A DNA stretch of 64,000 nucleotides from an uncultured Acidobacteriota bacterium (GTDB lineage Bacteria; Acidobacteriota; Vicinamibacteria; Vicinamibacterales; Fen-181): the NCBI GenBank assembly GCA_963744445.1, contig CAVUTP010000001.1:276308-340307 (forward strand), given 5' to 3'. Shown here in pieces: positions 48,106-57,641 of this stretch (the first letter of the stretch is position 1; every line of letters starts with the position of its first letter). Under the pieces are notes generated by a model, which was not told the DNA's origin, did no database searches, and worked only from the letters and a program-made list of their open reading frames with translations. The translations under genes were made by a program, and so were the position numbers.

Positions 48106-49602
48106 ATGGCGTTAGCAATGGAACGACTGGCCTTCGGGCATGGCGCCGTGCCGGGCCGCCGGGAGGTCCCGGAGGTCCGCATCGAGCCCCGGGTGCCTCA
48201 CGAGCGCGACATCCCCCCGGTGGTGGCCGACCCGCTGCCCGGCGAGAGCAGCGACTGGGCGTTCTTCGGCTTGTTGGGCTTCACCGCGGTCCTCTTCTTC
48301 AGGCCGCAGGACCAGGTGCCGGCGCTCGGGTCGCTTCACCTGGCGGAAGTGACCGCGCTCGTCGGTCTCGGCGCCATGGTAGCCAAGCGCCTCGCACGCG
48401 GCCTGACGCTCGTGCACCTGACGCCCGAGATTGTGGGGCTGCTGGCCTTCGGCGGCGCCTTGCTCTTCAGCACGCCGTTCTCGTTCTGGCCTGGCGGGTC
48501 GGTCGAGGTGATCACCGGCCTCTACGTGAAAGTCCTTCTCATCGTCGTGCTGATGGTCAACTCGATCAACTCGGCACAGCGCCTCCGCCGCTTCTCCTGG
48601 CTCATCGTCTTCGCCTCGTCCTACCTGGCTGCACGCGCGGTCACCGACTACATCCGGGGCGCAAATCTGATCGAACACGGGCGGGTGGCGGGCTCCGTGC
48701 ACGGCATGTTCGGCAACCCGAACGACCTCGCGCTCAACATGGTCGCGTTCCTTCCGCTGGCCGCCCTCTTCGCGCTGCGCCCGCCGCGGCCCCGACGCAC
48801 CCCCCTCGACGCCGCGCCGCCGCGCGAGCGGGCCTCGCTGTGGCCCTGGGTTGCGGCCGCGGCATCCCTGCTCATGGTGCTCACGGTGGTCTTCACCAAG
48901 TCGCGCAGCGGGGCTCTCGGGATGGCGGCCATGGGCGCCGCCCTGGTCTACTTCGGTCACCGCGTCCGCCCGAGCCTGGCGCCGGTCGCGCTCGTCGTCA
49001 CGGTCATTGCCGTGCCCATGCTCCCGACGTCCTTCTGGGCGCGGATGACCAGCATCGTGGAGCCGGCCGCCGACGACACCGGGTCGCGGGAGGCGCGCCG
49101 CACCGTCATGTGGGAGGCGGCCGAGGTATTCCTCGAGCGACCCTTCACCGGCATCGGTCCCGGACAGTTCAAGAACTACAACCCGCCGGGCCGCGAGGAG
49201 CGCTGGCGCGAGGCGCACAACGTGTGGCTGCAGGTTGCGTCGGAGACTGGCCTGCCGGGCCTGCTGACGTTTGCCTTCCTCGTCGTCGCGGCCTTCCGCA
49301 GCGTGCTCTGGGCCCGCCACCGTCTTGCGCGGCTGCCCGCCTCGGGCGAGGGCCTGGCGCCACTCGACCGCCGCGATGCGCCAATCCTGCACCTGCACGC
49401 CGCGGCGCTGGTCGCCAGTCTCGCCGGCTGGTTCGTCTGCGCCTTCTTCGCCTCGGTCGCTTACAACTGGACCTTCTACTACCTCCTGGGCCTGTGCATC
49501 GCCACCCGGGAGTTGACCCGGACGATCGTGGCGAGCGTCCCGGTACGCCGCCGGGCCGCGGAGGCGCCGGGCCTCCAACCCATCGCCATGGCACGAGGGT
49601 GA
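48106..49602 (+). CDS. O-antigen ligase/Wzy-like polymerase family membrane protein
   Basis: About 11 TM, with the Wzy_C-like block EAHNVWLQVASETGLPGLLTFAFLV. The start is 48106 or 48118. Confidence 0.8.
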   Translation: MALAMERLAFGHGAVPGRREVPEVRIEPRVPHERDIPPVVADPLPGESSDWAFFGLLGFTAVLFFRPQDQVPALGSLHLAEVTALVGLGAMVAKRLARGLTLVHLTPEIVGLLAFGGALLFSTPFSFWPGGSVEVITGLYVKVLLIVVLMVNSINSAQRLRRFSWLIVFASSYLAARAVTDYIRGANLIEHGRVAGSVHGMFGNPNDLALNMVAFLPLAALFALRPPRPRRTPLDAAPPRERASLWPWVAAAASLLMVLTVVFTKSRSGALGMAAMGAALVYFGHRVRPSLAPVALVVTVIAVPMLPTSFWARMTSIVEPAADDTGSREARRTVMWEAAEVFLERPFTGIGPGQFKNYNPPGREERWREAHNVWLQVASETGLPGLLTFAFLVVAAFRSVLWARHRLARLPASGEGLAPLDRRDAPILHLHAAALVASLAGWFVCAFFASVAYNWTFYYLLGLCIATRELTRTIVASVPVRRRAAEAPGLQPIAMARG

Positions 49603-49613
49603 GCGGAGACCGT

Positions 49614-51806
49614 ATGGCCCCTGCCGCCTGGCGCCCGCTGGTGAGCGTCGTCATCCCCGCTTACAACGCTGAGGCGGTGATCGGCGACGCGCTTCGCTCG
49701 GTCTTCGCGCAGACGTTCAGGGATTTCGAAGTCGTCGTCGTGGACGACGGCTCGACCGACGACACCGTTGGCGTCTTGGAAGCTATTGGCGGAGGCGTCC
49801 GGTTGCTCAGGCAGCCGAATGGCGGTCCCGCCGCCGCCCGGAACGCCGGCATCGCCGTCACCACCGCGCCGTTCATCGCTTTCCTGGACGCGGACGACGA
49901 GTGGTTCCCCGCCAAGCTGGAGATGCAGACGGCCTACTTTGCCGCCTACCCGGAAGCCGCGTTGCTCCACACGGCCACCGCCCGCGCCGGGGATCCGAGG
50001 ACTTCATCCGCGGCGTCGATGGAGCCCGAGCCGCCGTCGGCCGTCTTCTGCGATCTCTTCCACACCGACCACGACATCAACACCTTGACGGTGATGGTGC
50101 GTCGCGAGGCGGTGGAGGAAGCCGGCGGCTTCGACGAGCGGCGCGAGGTGCACGTCGAAGACTGGGACCTCTGGCTGCGGATCGCCGCCAGACACAAGGT
50201 CGGCTACCTGCCCGCGCCGACGGCAGTGCGACGTCCCGGCGGCGGCATGAGCGGGGACGTCGAGAAGACGTTCCGCGGCCAGGCAGCGGTGATCGGCAAG
50301 GTGGCGCCGCTGTGCGCGCTGGCCTGTCCGCGTCATCGGGAGGCGCCCGCGGCCTGCCTGCGCCGCCGTTGGTACCGCTTCTACTGGGAACTCGGCTACG
50401 CGCGCCGACGCAAGGGCCAGCGCGCGGCGGCTGCCCGGGCATTCCTGCAGGCGATTGCGCGACGACCGCTCGCGGGCGGCGCGTGGGCGCAGCTGGCCGC
50501 AAGCCTCGCCGGCGGCCGCATGGCGCATGCGGCGCGCCATGTTCGAACGGCGGCGGCCAGTGCGGGCTCGAGACCCGAACCGCTCTCGCTCCTGAACGAC
50601 ACCGTCTACCGTCGGACGCGCCGGCTCATCTCGAACCACGTGCACGCGGCCGACAGTCTCGTGCACAGGGCGAGGCTTGGCGAACGCCGCCGAATCCTGT
50701 TCGAGGCGGCCTCGCCGATGAGCTTCGTGATCTTCCGGCCCGTCTACGAACGGCTTCGCCGGGATCCGCGGTTCGAGTTCTGGTTCACGGCGACGGGCTC
50801 CGCCTGGGCGCCGGCGCGTCTCTACGAACGCGTGGGCATCACGGAGCGGGTGGTGGGGCCGGCCCGCGCCGCCTGGATGAAGGTGGATGCCTGCATCAAT
50901 ACCGATTTCTGGGACACCACGTGGCTGCACCGGCGAACGCGCCGCATCCACATGTTCCACGGCGTCGCCGGCAAGTACGGCCTGGATGCGCCGCTGGACC
51001 TCGCCCCCACCGTTCGAAGCTTCGACCGGATCCTCTTCCCGAACGAGGATCGGCTGCGACGGTACACCGAGAGCGCGCTCGTCGGCGAAGGCTCGCCGGC
51101 CGCGGTGCTCGCCGGCTACCCGAAGGTGGACTGCCTGGTGGACGGCACGCTCGACGGAGCAGCGGTGCGACGGGCCCTCGGCCTCGATGCCGGAAGGCCG
51201 ACCGTCATTTACGCGCCCACCTGGTCGCCCTACTCGTCGCTGAACCACATCGGGGAGGCGTTGATCGCGGCGCTGGCCGCCGCCGGCTACAACGTCATCG
51301 TGAAGCTGCACGACCGGTCGTACGACCCGACGTCGCGCGCTTCCGGCGGCGTGGATTGGCACTCACGGCTCGAGGTGTTCGCGGGCCACCCCCGCGTGAA
51401 ACTGGCCATGTCGCCCGACGCCACGCCGTACCTTGCCGCCGCCGACGCGCTGGTGACCGACCACAGCTCGATCGGCTTCGAGTACTCGCTGCTCGACCGG
51501 CCGCTCGTGATCGTGGACTGCCCGGATCTCCTGGCCAATGCCCGCGTCACGCCCTCGAAGGTCAACGCCCTTCGATCGGCCGCGGAAGTCGTGTCGTCTC
51601 CCGGTGATGCCGTCGAAGCCATCGGCCGCCAGCTCCAGGAACCAGGCCTGCACGGAGTGGAACGGCAGGCCCTCGCGCGCCAGTTCTTCTATCGACCCGG
51701 CACCGCCACGGACCGGGCGGTGCGGGCGATCTACGAAGTCCTGGCGCTCGAGCCGCATGGAGCGGCCCTTCCCGCGCCACGCATCCAGGAGGGCTTGACG
51801 ACATGA
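49614..51806 (+). CDS. Bifunctional fusion: N-terminal GT2 glycosyltransferase plus C-terminal CDP-glycerol glycerophosphotransferase (TagB/TagF-like) domain
   Basis: One uninterrupted frame. The GT2 part has VSVVIPAYNAE, VVVVDDGSTDDT and FLDADDEW. The TagF-like part has VIYAPTWSPY and LVTDHSSIGFEYSLLDRPLVIV. Confidence 0.75.
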   Translation: MAPAAWRPLVSVVIPAYNAEAVIGDALRSVFAQTFRDFEVVVVDDGSTDDTVGVLEAIGGGVRLLRQPNGGPAAARNAGIAVTTAPFIAFLDADDEWFPAKLEMQTAYFAAYPEAALLHTATARAGDPRTSSAASMEPEPPSAVFCDLFHTDHDINTLTVMVRREAVEEAGGFDERREVHVEDWDLWLRIAARHKVGYLPAPTAVRRPGGGMSGDVEKTFRGQAAVIGKVAPLCALACPRHREAPAACLRRRWYRFYWELGYARRRKGQRAAAARAFLQAIARRPLAGGAWAQLAASLAGGRMAHAARHVRTAAASAGSRPEPLSLLNDTVYRRTRRLISNHVHAADSLVHRARLGERRRILFEAASPMSFVIFRPVYERLRRDPRFEFWFTATGSAWAPARLYERVGITERVVGPARAAWMKVDACINTDFWDTTWLHRRTRRIHMFHGVAGKYGLDAPLDLAPTVRSFDRILFPNEDRLRRYTESALVGEGSPAAVLAGYPKVDCLVDGTLDGAAVRRALGLDAGRPTVIYAPTWSPYSSLNHIGEALIAALAAAGYNVIVKLHDRSYDPTSRASGGVDWHSRLEVFAGHPRVKLAMSPDATPYLAAADALVTDHSSIGFEYSLLDRPLVIVDCPDLLANARVTPSKVNALRSAAEVVSSPGDAVEAIGRQLQEPGLHGVERQALARQFFYRPGTATDRAVRAIYEVLALEPHGAALPAPRIQEGLTT

Positions 51807-52805
51807 CCAGCGTGATCGTGGCCACGCACAACCGGCGCGCGCTCCTGGAGCGCACCGTTTCCGCGCTGGCAGCCCAGGCGCATCCGCGGGGCGAGCTCGG
51901 AGATCGTGGTGGTGGACAACGCCTCCACGGATGGAACCGCGGAAGCGGTCGAGGCGCTGGCGCGACGCGCAGGCGGGCACCCGGTCCGGCTGCTACACGA
52001 GGCTCGGCCCGGCAAGTCGTACGCGGTGAACACCGGCGTCTCGGCGGCGGCGGGCGATCTCCTGGCGTTCACCGACGACGACGTCCTGCCCTCGCCCGGT
52101 TGGGTGGCGGCGATCTGCCGGGCCATGGAGGAAGGCGGTGCGGACTTCTGCGTCGGCCGCATCCGCCCGCTGTGGGAGGTCCCGCCTCCCACGTGGCTGT
52201 CGCCGGCGCTTCACGGCGTGTTGGCGATTCCCGACAACGGATCCGAGCGCCTGCCGATACGCCGCGGGCTCAACGAACACCTGATGCCCATCGGCGCGAA
52301 TATGGCCGTCCGCCGGGCGGTGCTCGATCGCCTGGGCGGGTGGAGGCCGGAGTTGGGCAAGCTCCGCCACACGCTGCGCAGCGGCGAGGATCACGAGTTC
52401 TTCCTGCGGATGCTGCATGCCGGGCTGCGGGGCGTGTACGAGCCCAACGCGGTGGTCGCCCACCTCGTGCCCGCCGACCGGTTGCACAAGGGGTATTTCC
52501 TGCGCTGGCTGCACGACAACGGGCAAGTTGTCGCCGGCATCGAGCGGGCGTATCCCCCGCGCGTGGTGTCCCTGCTCGGCGTGCCGCGCTATCTCTGGCG
52601 CGAGGCGGCTTCCGACGGCGTACGCCTGGCGGCAGCGCTGCGCCCGGGCCGCGGGGCGGAACGGTTCGCCCGGGCGACACGCCTCGCGTGGTTCGCCGGC
52701 TACCTTCGCGGGGCGTGGAGCGGCGCCACCCTCGCCGCGGCGCTTCGTCCGTCCGCGCCGGTCATCGGCAACGCAGGCAACCCCCGCTTGCAGGAGCCGA
52801 AATGA
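51803..52805 (+). CDS. GT2 glycosyltransferase (paralog 1 of 3), frame broken near 51899
   Basis: MTSVIVATHNRRALLERTV is in one frame. EIVVVDNASTDGT...AFTDDDVLP...SGEDHEFFLRM...HLVPADRL is in the frame of ORF 51906..52805. ATGA overlap with the upstream gene. Confidence 0.75.
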
Positions 52806-54364
52806 CCACGCCGGGCCCTCACCGCTCGGCTGCCTGGAACGTGATGACGGGCACGGCCGCCAAGTACACGCTCCTCGTCATCAACATCGCGATCGGCGTC
52901 TGGATGATGCCCTTCACGGTGGGCCACCTGGGCAAGAGCGACTACGGCCTCTGGATGCTGGTGGTTTCGCTGACCTACTACTTCCAGCTGCTGGACCTCG
53001 GGTACGGAAACGGCCTGGTGCGCCAGATCGCGGCGGCCGACTCGGCGGGCGACGAGCAGGCCGTCAACGCGGTGGTCAGCACCTTCGTGGTGATCTACGC
53101 GGGCATCGGGGCGCTGGCGCTGGCCCTCGTCGGGCTGGTGACGGTCGCGCTGATCCCGCGCTTCCCGAACTTGACGCCCTCACAGGTGGCGACGGCGCAG
53201 TGGGTGATGGTCGTCATGGGGTTGCGCATCGCCGTAGGCTTCCCGATGACGGTGTTCGGGGCGGTCACCACGGCACGGCAGCGCTTCGCCCTCAACACGA
53301 GCATCGCCATCGTGGTCTCGCTGCTCAACGCGGCGGTGACCTATCTCGTCCTCAGCCGCAACCATGGCCTCCGGGTGCTCGTGCCCGCCACGACGGCGCT
53401 GAGCCTCCTGTCCTACCTCGCATATGCCCGGGCCGCCCGGGCCGCCTTCCCGGCGCTGCGGCTGGCGCCCTCGCTGTTCTCCAGGCGTCACCTGCGAGAG
53501 GTGACTTCGTTCAGTCTCTACCTGTTCATGATCGACATCGCGGTTCAACTGGGCTTCAACCTCGACAACGTGGTGCTCGGCGCGTTCCTCGGGACCGGGG
53601 CCGTTGCGGTTTATGCGGTGGCTTCGCGGCTCGCGGATTACCAGCGCCAGCTCTGCAACCAGTTCAATGGCCTTCTGTTCCCGGTCGTCGTCGGCCTCGG
53701 CGCGCGCGCGGACCTCCCACGCCTGCGGGCCACGCTGCTCGACGGCACGAGGCTGGCATTCGGGCTGGTCCTGGGGGTGACGGTCAGCCTCGTGGTGTTC
53801 GCCGAGCCCCTGGTGCGCATCTGGATGGGCGCGGAGTTCCTCGAGACGCTCCCCGCCCTTTACGCCCTCGCCGCCGCGGGCGTCGTCCTGGTCGCGCAGG
53901 GGCCACTCGGGAACATCCTGCTCGGCACGGGGCGCCACCGGCTGGTGGCATCGGCTGCCCTGGCCGAGGCGCTGATCAACGCGGCACTCAGCGTCGTGTT
54001 CGTGCGGTGGTGGGGGGTGACGGGAGTCGCCGTCGGCACCGCCATCCCGGTGGTCGCGGTCAACGTGCTCGTGCTGTTGCCGGCTGCGTGCCGATCCGTG
54101 CAGGTGCCGGTCGCGGAACTGCTGCGCGTGGCGACGGTGCCTGCGCTTGTTTCCGCTCTGCCGGCCGTCGCCACCGGGCTCGCACTGCGGTGGTACGCGC
54201 CGCCGTCTTCGCTCTTCGAGGTGGTGCTCGAAGGCGGCCTCGCGGGTCTCGTCTTCGTTCTCTGCTTCGCGCGCTTCGGCCTGCCCCGCGCAGACCGGAC
54301 CCGCTATGTCGGCTACCTTCGGCGACTCGTTCCGGTCGGCGGCGCCCGCGCCGCCGCCTTGTGA
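52802..54364 (+). CDS. Wzx-type oligosaccharide flippase 2
   Basis: 520-aa polytopic protein (GKSDYGLWMLVVSLTYYFQLLDLGYGNGLVRQI...), a paralog of the flippase at 42945. ATGA overlap upstream. Confidence 0.8.
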   Translation: MTTPGPHRSAAWNVMTGTAAKYTLLVINIAIGVWMMPFTVGHLGKSDYGLWMLVVSLTYYFQLLDLGYGNGLVRQIAAADSAGDEQAVNAVVSTFVVIYAGIGALALALVGLVTVALIPRFPNLTPSQVATAQWVMVVMGLRIAVGFPMTVFGAVTTARQRFALNTSIAIVVSLLNAAVTYLVLSRNHGLRVLVPATTALSLLSYLAYARAARAAFPALRLAPSLFSRRHLREVTSFSLYLFMIDIAVQLGFNLDNVVLGAFLGTGAVAVYAVASRLADYQRQLCNQFNGLLFPVVVGLGARADLPRLRATLLDGTRLAFGLVLGVTVSLVVFAEPLVRIWMGAEFLETLPALYALAAAGVVLVAQGPLGNILLGTGRHRLVASAALAEALINAALSVVFVRWWGVTGVAVGTAIPVVAVNVLVLLPAACRSVQVPVAELLRVATVPALVSALPAVATGLALRWYAPPSSLFEVVLEGGLAGLVFVLCFARFGLPRADRTRYVGYLRRLVPVGGARAAAL

Positions 54365-55350
54365 TGCGGGGTGATTGGCGAATGACGATCAGCGTGGTGA
54401 TCGCCACCTTCAACCGGGCCAGGGAGCTCGCACTGTGCCTCGACCAGCTCGGGCGCCAGCACTTCCGCCCTGGAGACGAGGTCGTGGTTGCGGACAACGG
54501 CTCCACCGACGGCACGTCCGCCTTGCTCGCGCGGCTGGCGCCTGGATTCCCGGTCCCCCTGCGCGCCGTGCGCGAAGCACGGCCGGGCAAGTCACACGCC
54601 GTGGCCGCCGCGGTGGCCGGGAACACGGCGGACGTCTTGGCGTTCACCGACGACGACGTGCTGGTGGACGACCGTTGGATCGCGAGGATTCACGAGATCA
54701 TGGAACGGGAGAGGATCGACCTGATCGGTGGTCGCGTGCTCCCGCGCTTCGCCGCGCGCGTCCCCGACTGGCTCGTCCTCAGCGGCGACAGGGGGTTTGG
54801 CCGCCTGGCCTCGCCGCTGGCGCTCCTCGATTACGGCAACGCGCGCGAGGTGCTGGGCCCCCGCACGGCAATCGGCGCGAACCTGGTCGTGCGCCGCTCC
54901 ACCTTCGCCGCGGTCGGCGGCTACTCGACGGCCCTCGGCAAGCTCCGCGGCACGCTCCTGTCGGGTGAAGATCACCAGCTCTGCGAGCGCGCCCAGGCGG
55001 CGGGTTACCGTGCCGTGTACGACCCCTCGCTGGTGGTCAGGCATCTCGTGCCAGCCGACCGGCTGAAGGTCGGCTACTTCGTCCGGTGGTTCTTCTGGTC
55101 CGGCGTGACGCACGCCGCGCTCGACGCCGGACGCAAAGAGGGCGGGACTGCGCGGCGCCTCCGTCGTTACCACATCGCGGAGGCAGCACGTGCGGCCGGA
55201 CACGCCGCCCTGTCGGCGGCGAGAGGCGGCTGGAGCCATGCCGTGGCTGCCCTGACCCGCCTCGCGTTCTCGTCGGGGTACGTCTGGTCGTCCTCCAGGA
55301 GCCCTGCGGACCGCCGTGCGCCGGGCCGCCGGCAGCCGGAGGCTGCATGA
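54364..55350 (+). CDS. GT2 glycosyltransferase (paralog 2 of 3)
   Basis: ISVVIATFNRARELALCL, VVVADNGSTDGT, AFTDDDVLV, SGEDHQLCERA and HLVPADRL. The start is 54364 or 54382. Confidence 0.8.
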   Translation: MRGDWRMTISVVIATFNRARELALCLDQLGRQHFRPGDEVVVADNGSTDGTSALLARLAPGFPVPLRAVREARPGKSHAVAAAVAGNTADVLAFTDDDVLVDDRWIARIHEIMERERIDLIGGRVLPRFAARVPDWLVLSGDRGFGRLASPLALLDYGNAREVLGPRTAIGANLVVRRSTFAAVGGYSTALGKLRGTLLSGEDHQLCERAQAAGYRAVYDPSLVVRHLVPADRLKVGYFVRWFFWSGVTHAALDAGRKEGGTARRLRRYHIAEAARAAGHAALSAARGGWSHAVAALTRLAFSSGYVWSSSRSPADRRAPGRRQPEAA

Positions 55351-56418
55351 TCGTCACCGCGGCCTCGGTCCTCGTGTGCACGCATAACCGCGCAGACTCA
55401 CTGCAGGCGACGCTTGACGCGCTCGTCGCCGGCTGCCAGCCGCCGGACTGCCGCACCGAGGTCGTCGTCGTCGACAACAACTCGGGCGACCGCACGCGTG
55501 CGGTCGTGGAAGCGACCGCACGCCGTTCTCGGATCCCCGTTCGATACCTCTTCGAGCCGCGGCAGGGCAAGAGCTTCGCCCTCAACCTCGGGCTTTCCGA
55601 AGCCGTTGGCGACATCATCGCGCACACGGACGACGACGTCATTCCTCAGCCCGGCTGGCTGGATCGGATCGTGGAAGCCTTCAGGCGGCACGACATTGCC
55701 TTCGCGTTCGGCAAGGTGCTGCCCCGCTGGGGGGCGCTGCCGCCGCCGGAATTGCTGGTGCCGCGCGCTCACGAGATTCTGGGGCCCGCTGGCGCTCCTC
55801 GACTACGGCGACGCCCCGCGCGTCTACGAGGGCGACGCGGCCAGCCAGCGGCTGCCGGTGGGCGCGAACCTCGCCTTCCAACGCGAGACGCTGCGCCAGA
55901 TCGGCGGCTGGCGAACGGACCTCGGCAAGGTGAACAACTCGCTCATCTCGGGTGAAGACCACGAGGTGTTCTTCCGCCTCAAGGCCGCGGGTCTATTCCG
56001 GGGCCTGTACGACCCTTCGATCGTGGTGCGGCACTTCGTCCCCGCGTCCCGCCTGACGCGCCGGTACTTCCGGCGCTGGTTCTACTGGCACGGCAAGACG
56101 CTCGCCCGGATGCCCGAGCAGCTGTACGGCCTGGACCTGTCCGCGGTACCGCACGTGGCGGGCGTGCCGCGCTTTCTCTACCGCCAGGCGCTGCAGGCTG
56201 CCTGTGGTTGGGCATGGACGATGGGCCGGCGCGATTCGCTCGGGCTGCTCATCCGGGAACTGGAATGCTGTCAGTTTGCGGGCTTCTTTGCCGAGTCGTG
56301 GAAGCTGAGGCGGGCGAGGGCGCGTCGCACGCCGGCACCACGGGCGGTGCCGGCGACCGGCTCTCCGACTGCTGGCCCCGCGGCCTCGCCGCGTTTCTGG
56401 GAGGGCACCCGATCATGA
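55347..56418 (+). CDS. GT2 glycosyltransferase (paralog 3 of 3), frame broken near 55780
   Basis: MIVTAASVLVCTHNRADSL...VVVVDNNSGDRT...AHTDDDVIP is in the frame of ORF 55086..55955. WGPLALLDYGD...SGEDHEVFFRL...HFVPASRL is in the frame of ORF 55414..56418. Confidence 0.75.
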
Positions 56419-57604
56419 CCGCCCCCGACCGGTGGGGCGTGCGGACGACGACCGCTTCACCCGTGTCTCCGAACCGCCGTCTGCGGGTAGCCATTGTCGC
56501 CCCCTCGCTGGGCATCCTCGGCGGCCAGGCGGTGCAAGCGCGGCGGCTGCTCGACGGGTGGACCGGGGACCGCGACGTGGAGGCGTGGCTGGTGCCCATC
56601 AACCCGGTTCCGCCGGGTCCACTGCGGCACGCGACCCGCGTGAAGTACGCCCGCACGCTGGCAACCCAGGGGACGTACTGGCCGTCGCTCGTGCGACAGC
56701 TCTCGCGGGCCGACGTCGTTCACGTCTTCTCGGCGTCCTACTTCTCTTTCCTCCTGGCGCCCGTGCCCGCCTTCCTTGTGGCGCGCGCCCTCGGACGCCC
56801 GGTGGTACTGAATTACAGGAGCGGCGAAGCCGCGGATCATCTCGCGCGGTCCGCGGTGGCGCGGCGCGTCGCCCGGCGCTGCGATCGTGTGGTCGTCCCC
56901 TCGTCGTTCCTGCGCGACGTCTTCGGGGCGCACGGGGTCGCGGCGCGGGTGATCCCGAACACCGTGGACGCGGAGCGGTTTGCGTTCCGGCTGCGCGACC
57001 CGCTGAAGCCTCACCTTCTCTCGACCCGCAATCTCGAGCCCCTGTACAACGTGGCGTGTACGCTCCGGGTGTTCCGCAGGGTGCAGGACCGCTACCCCGA
57101 CGCCACGCTGACCGTCGTCGGCGCGGGCTCGCAGTTCCGCGCGCTGCGCGCACAGGCTGAAGGACTGGGGTTGAAGCACGTGCGCTTCACGGGGCCGATG
57201 GCTCCCGACGAGATCTGGCGGGCGTACGCGGACGCCGATGTGTATTTGCAGACGCCCGACATCGACAACATGCCTTCGTCCGTGCTCGAGGCTTTCTCGA
57301 GCGGAACCCCCGTAGTCTCCACCGACGCCGGCGGCGTCCCGGCGATGGTCAAACGGGCGTCAACGGTCTCCTCGCGCGGTGCAACGACGACGGAGCGCTT
57401 GCCGCGCACGTGCTGCGCCTGCTCGACGCGCCGGGCCTCGCGGCGCGGATTGCGCGGTCGGCGCTGCTTTCGTGCGGCCGCTACCGCTGGGCGATGGTGC
57501 GTTCGGAGTGGCTGGCGCTGTATCGGGAACTGTCGTCGGTGTCTGTTCCGGCCGCGGCGGAGCGCCCGGAACGAAGGTGGACGGTTCGCAGGATTCCGGG
57601 CTGA
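56415..57604 (+). CDS. GT4 (GT-B fold) glycosyltransferase, frame broken near 57350
   Basis: LRVAIVAPSLGILGGQAVQARRL...PSSVLEAFSSGTPVVSTDAGGVPAMV is in one frame. GVNGLLARCNDDGALAAHVLRLLDAPGLAARIA...YRWAMVRSEWLALY is in the frame of ORF 57410..57604. The shift is at GTCAAACGGG. Confidence 0.75.
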
Positions 57605-57641
57605 TGGACCCCGAGTCCTGGTTCCTTCTGGGAGGAAGCAC

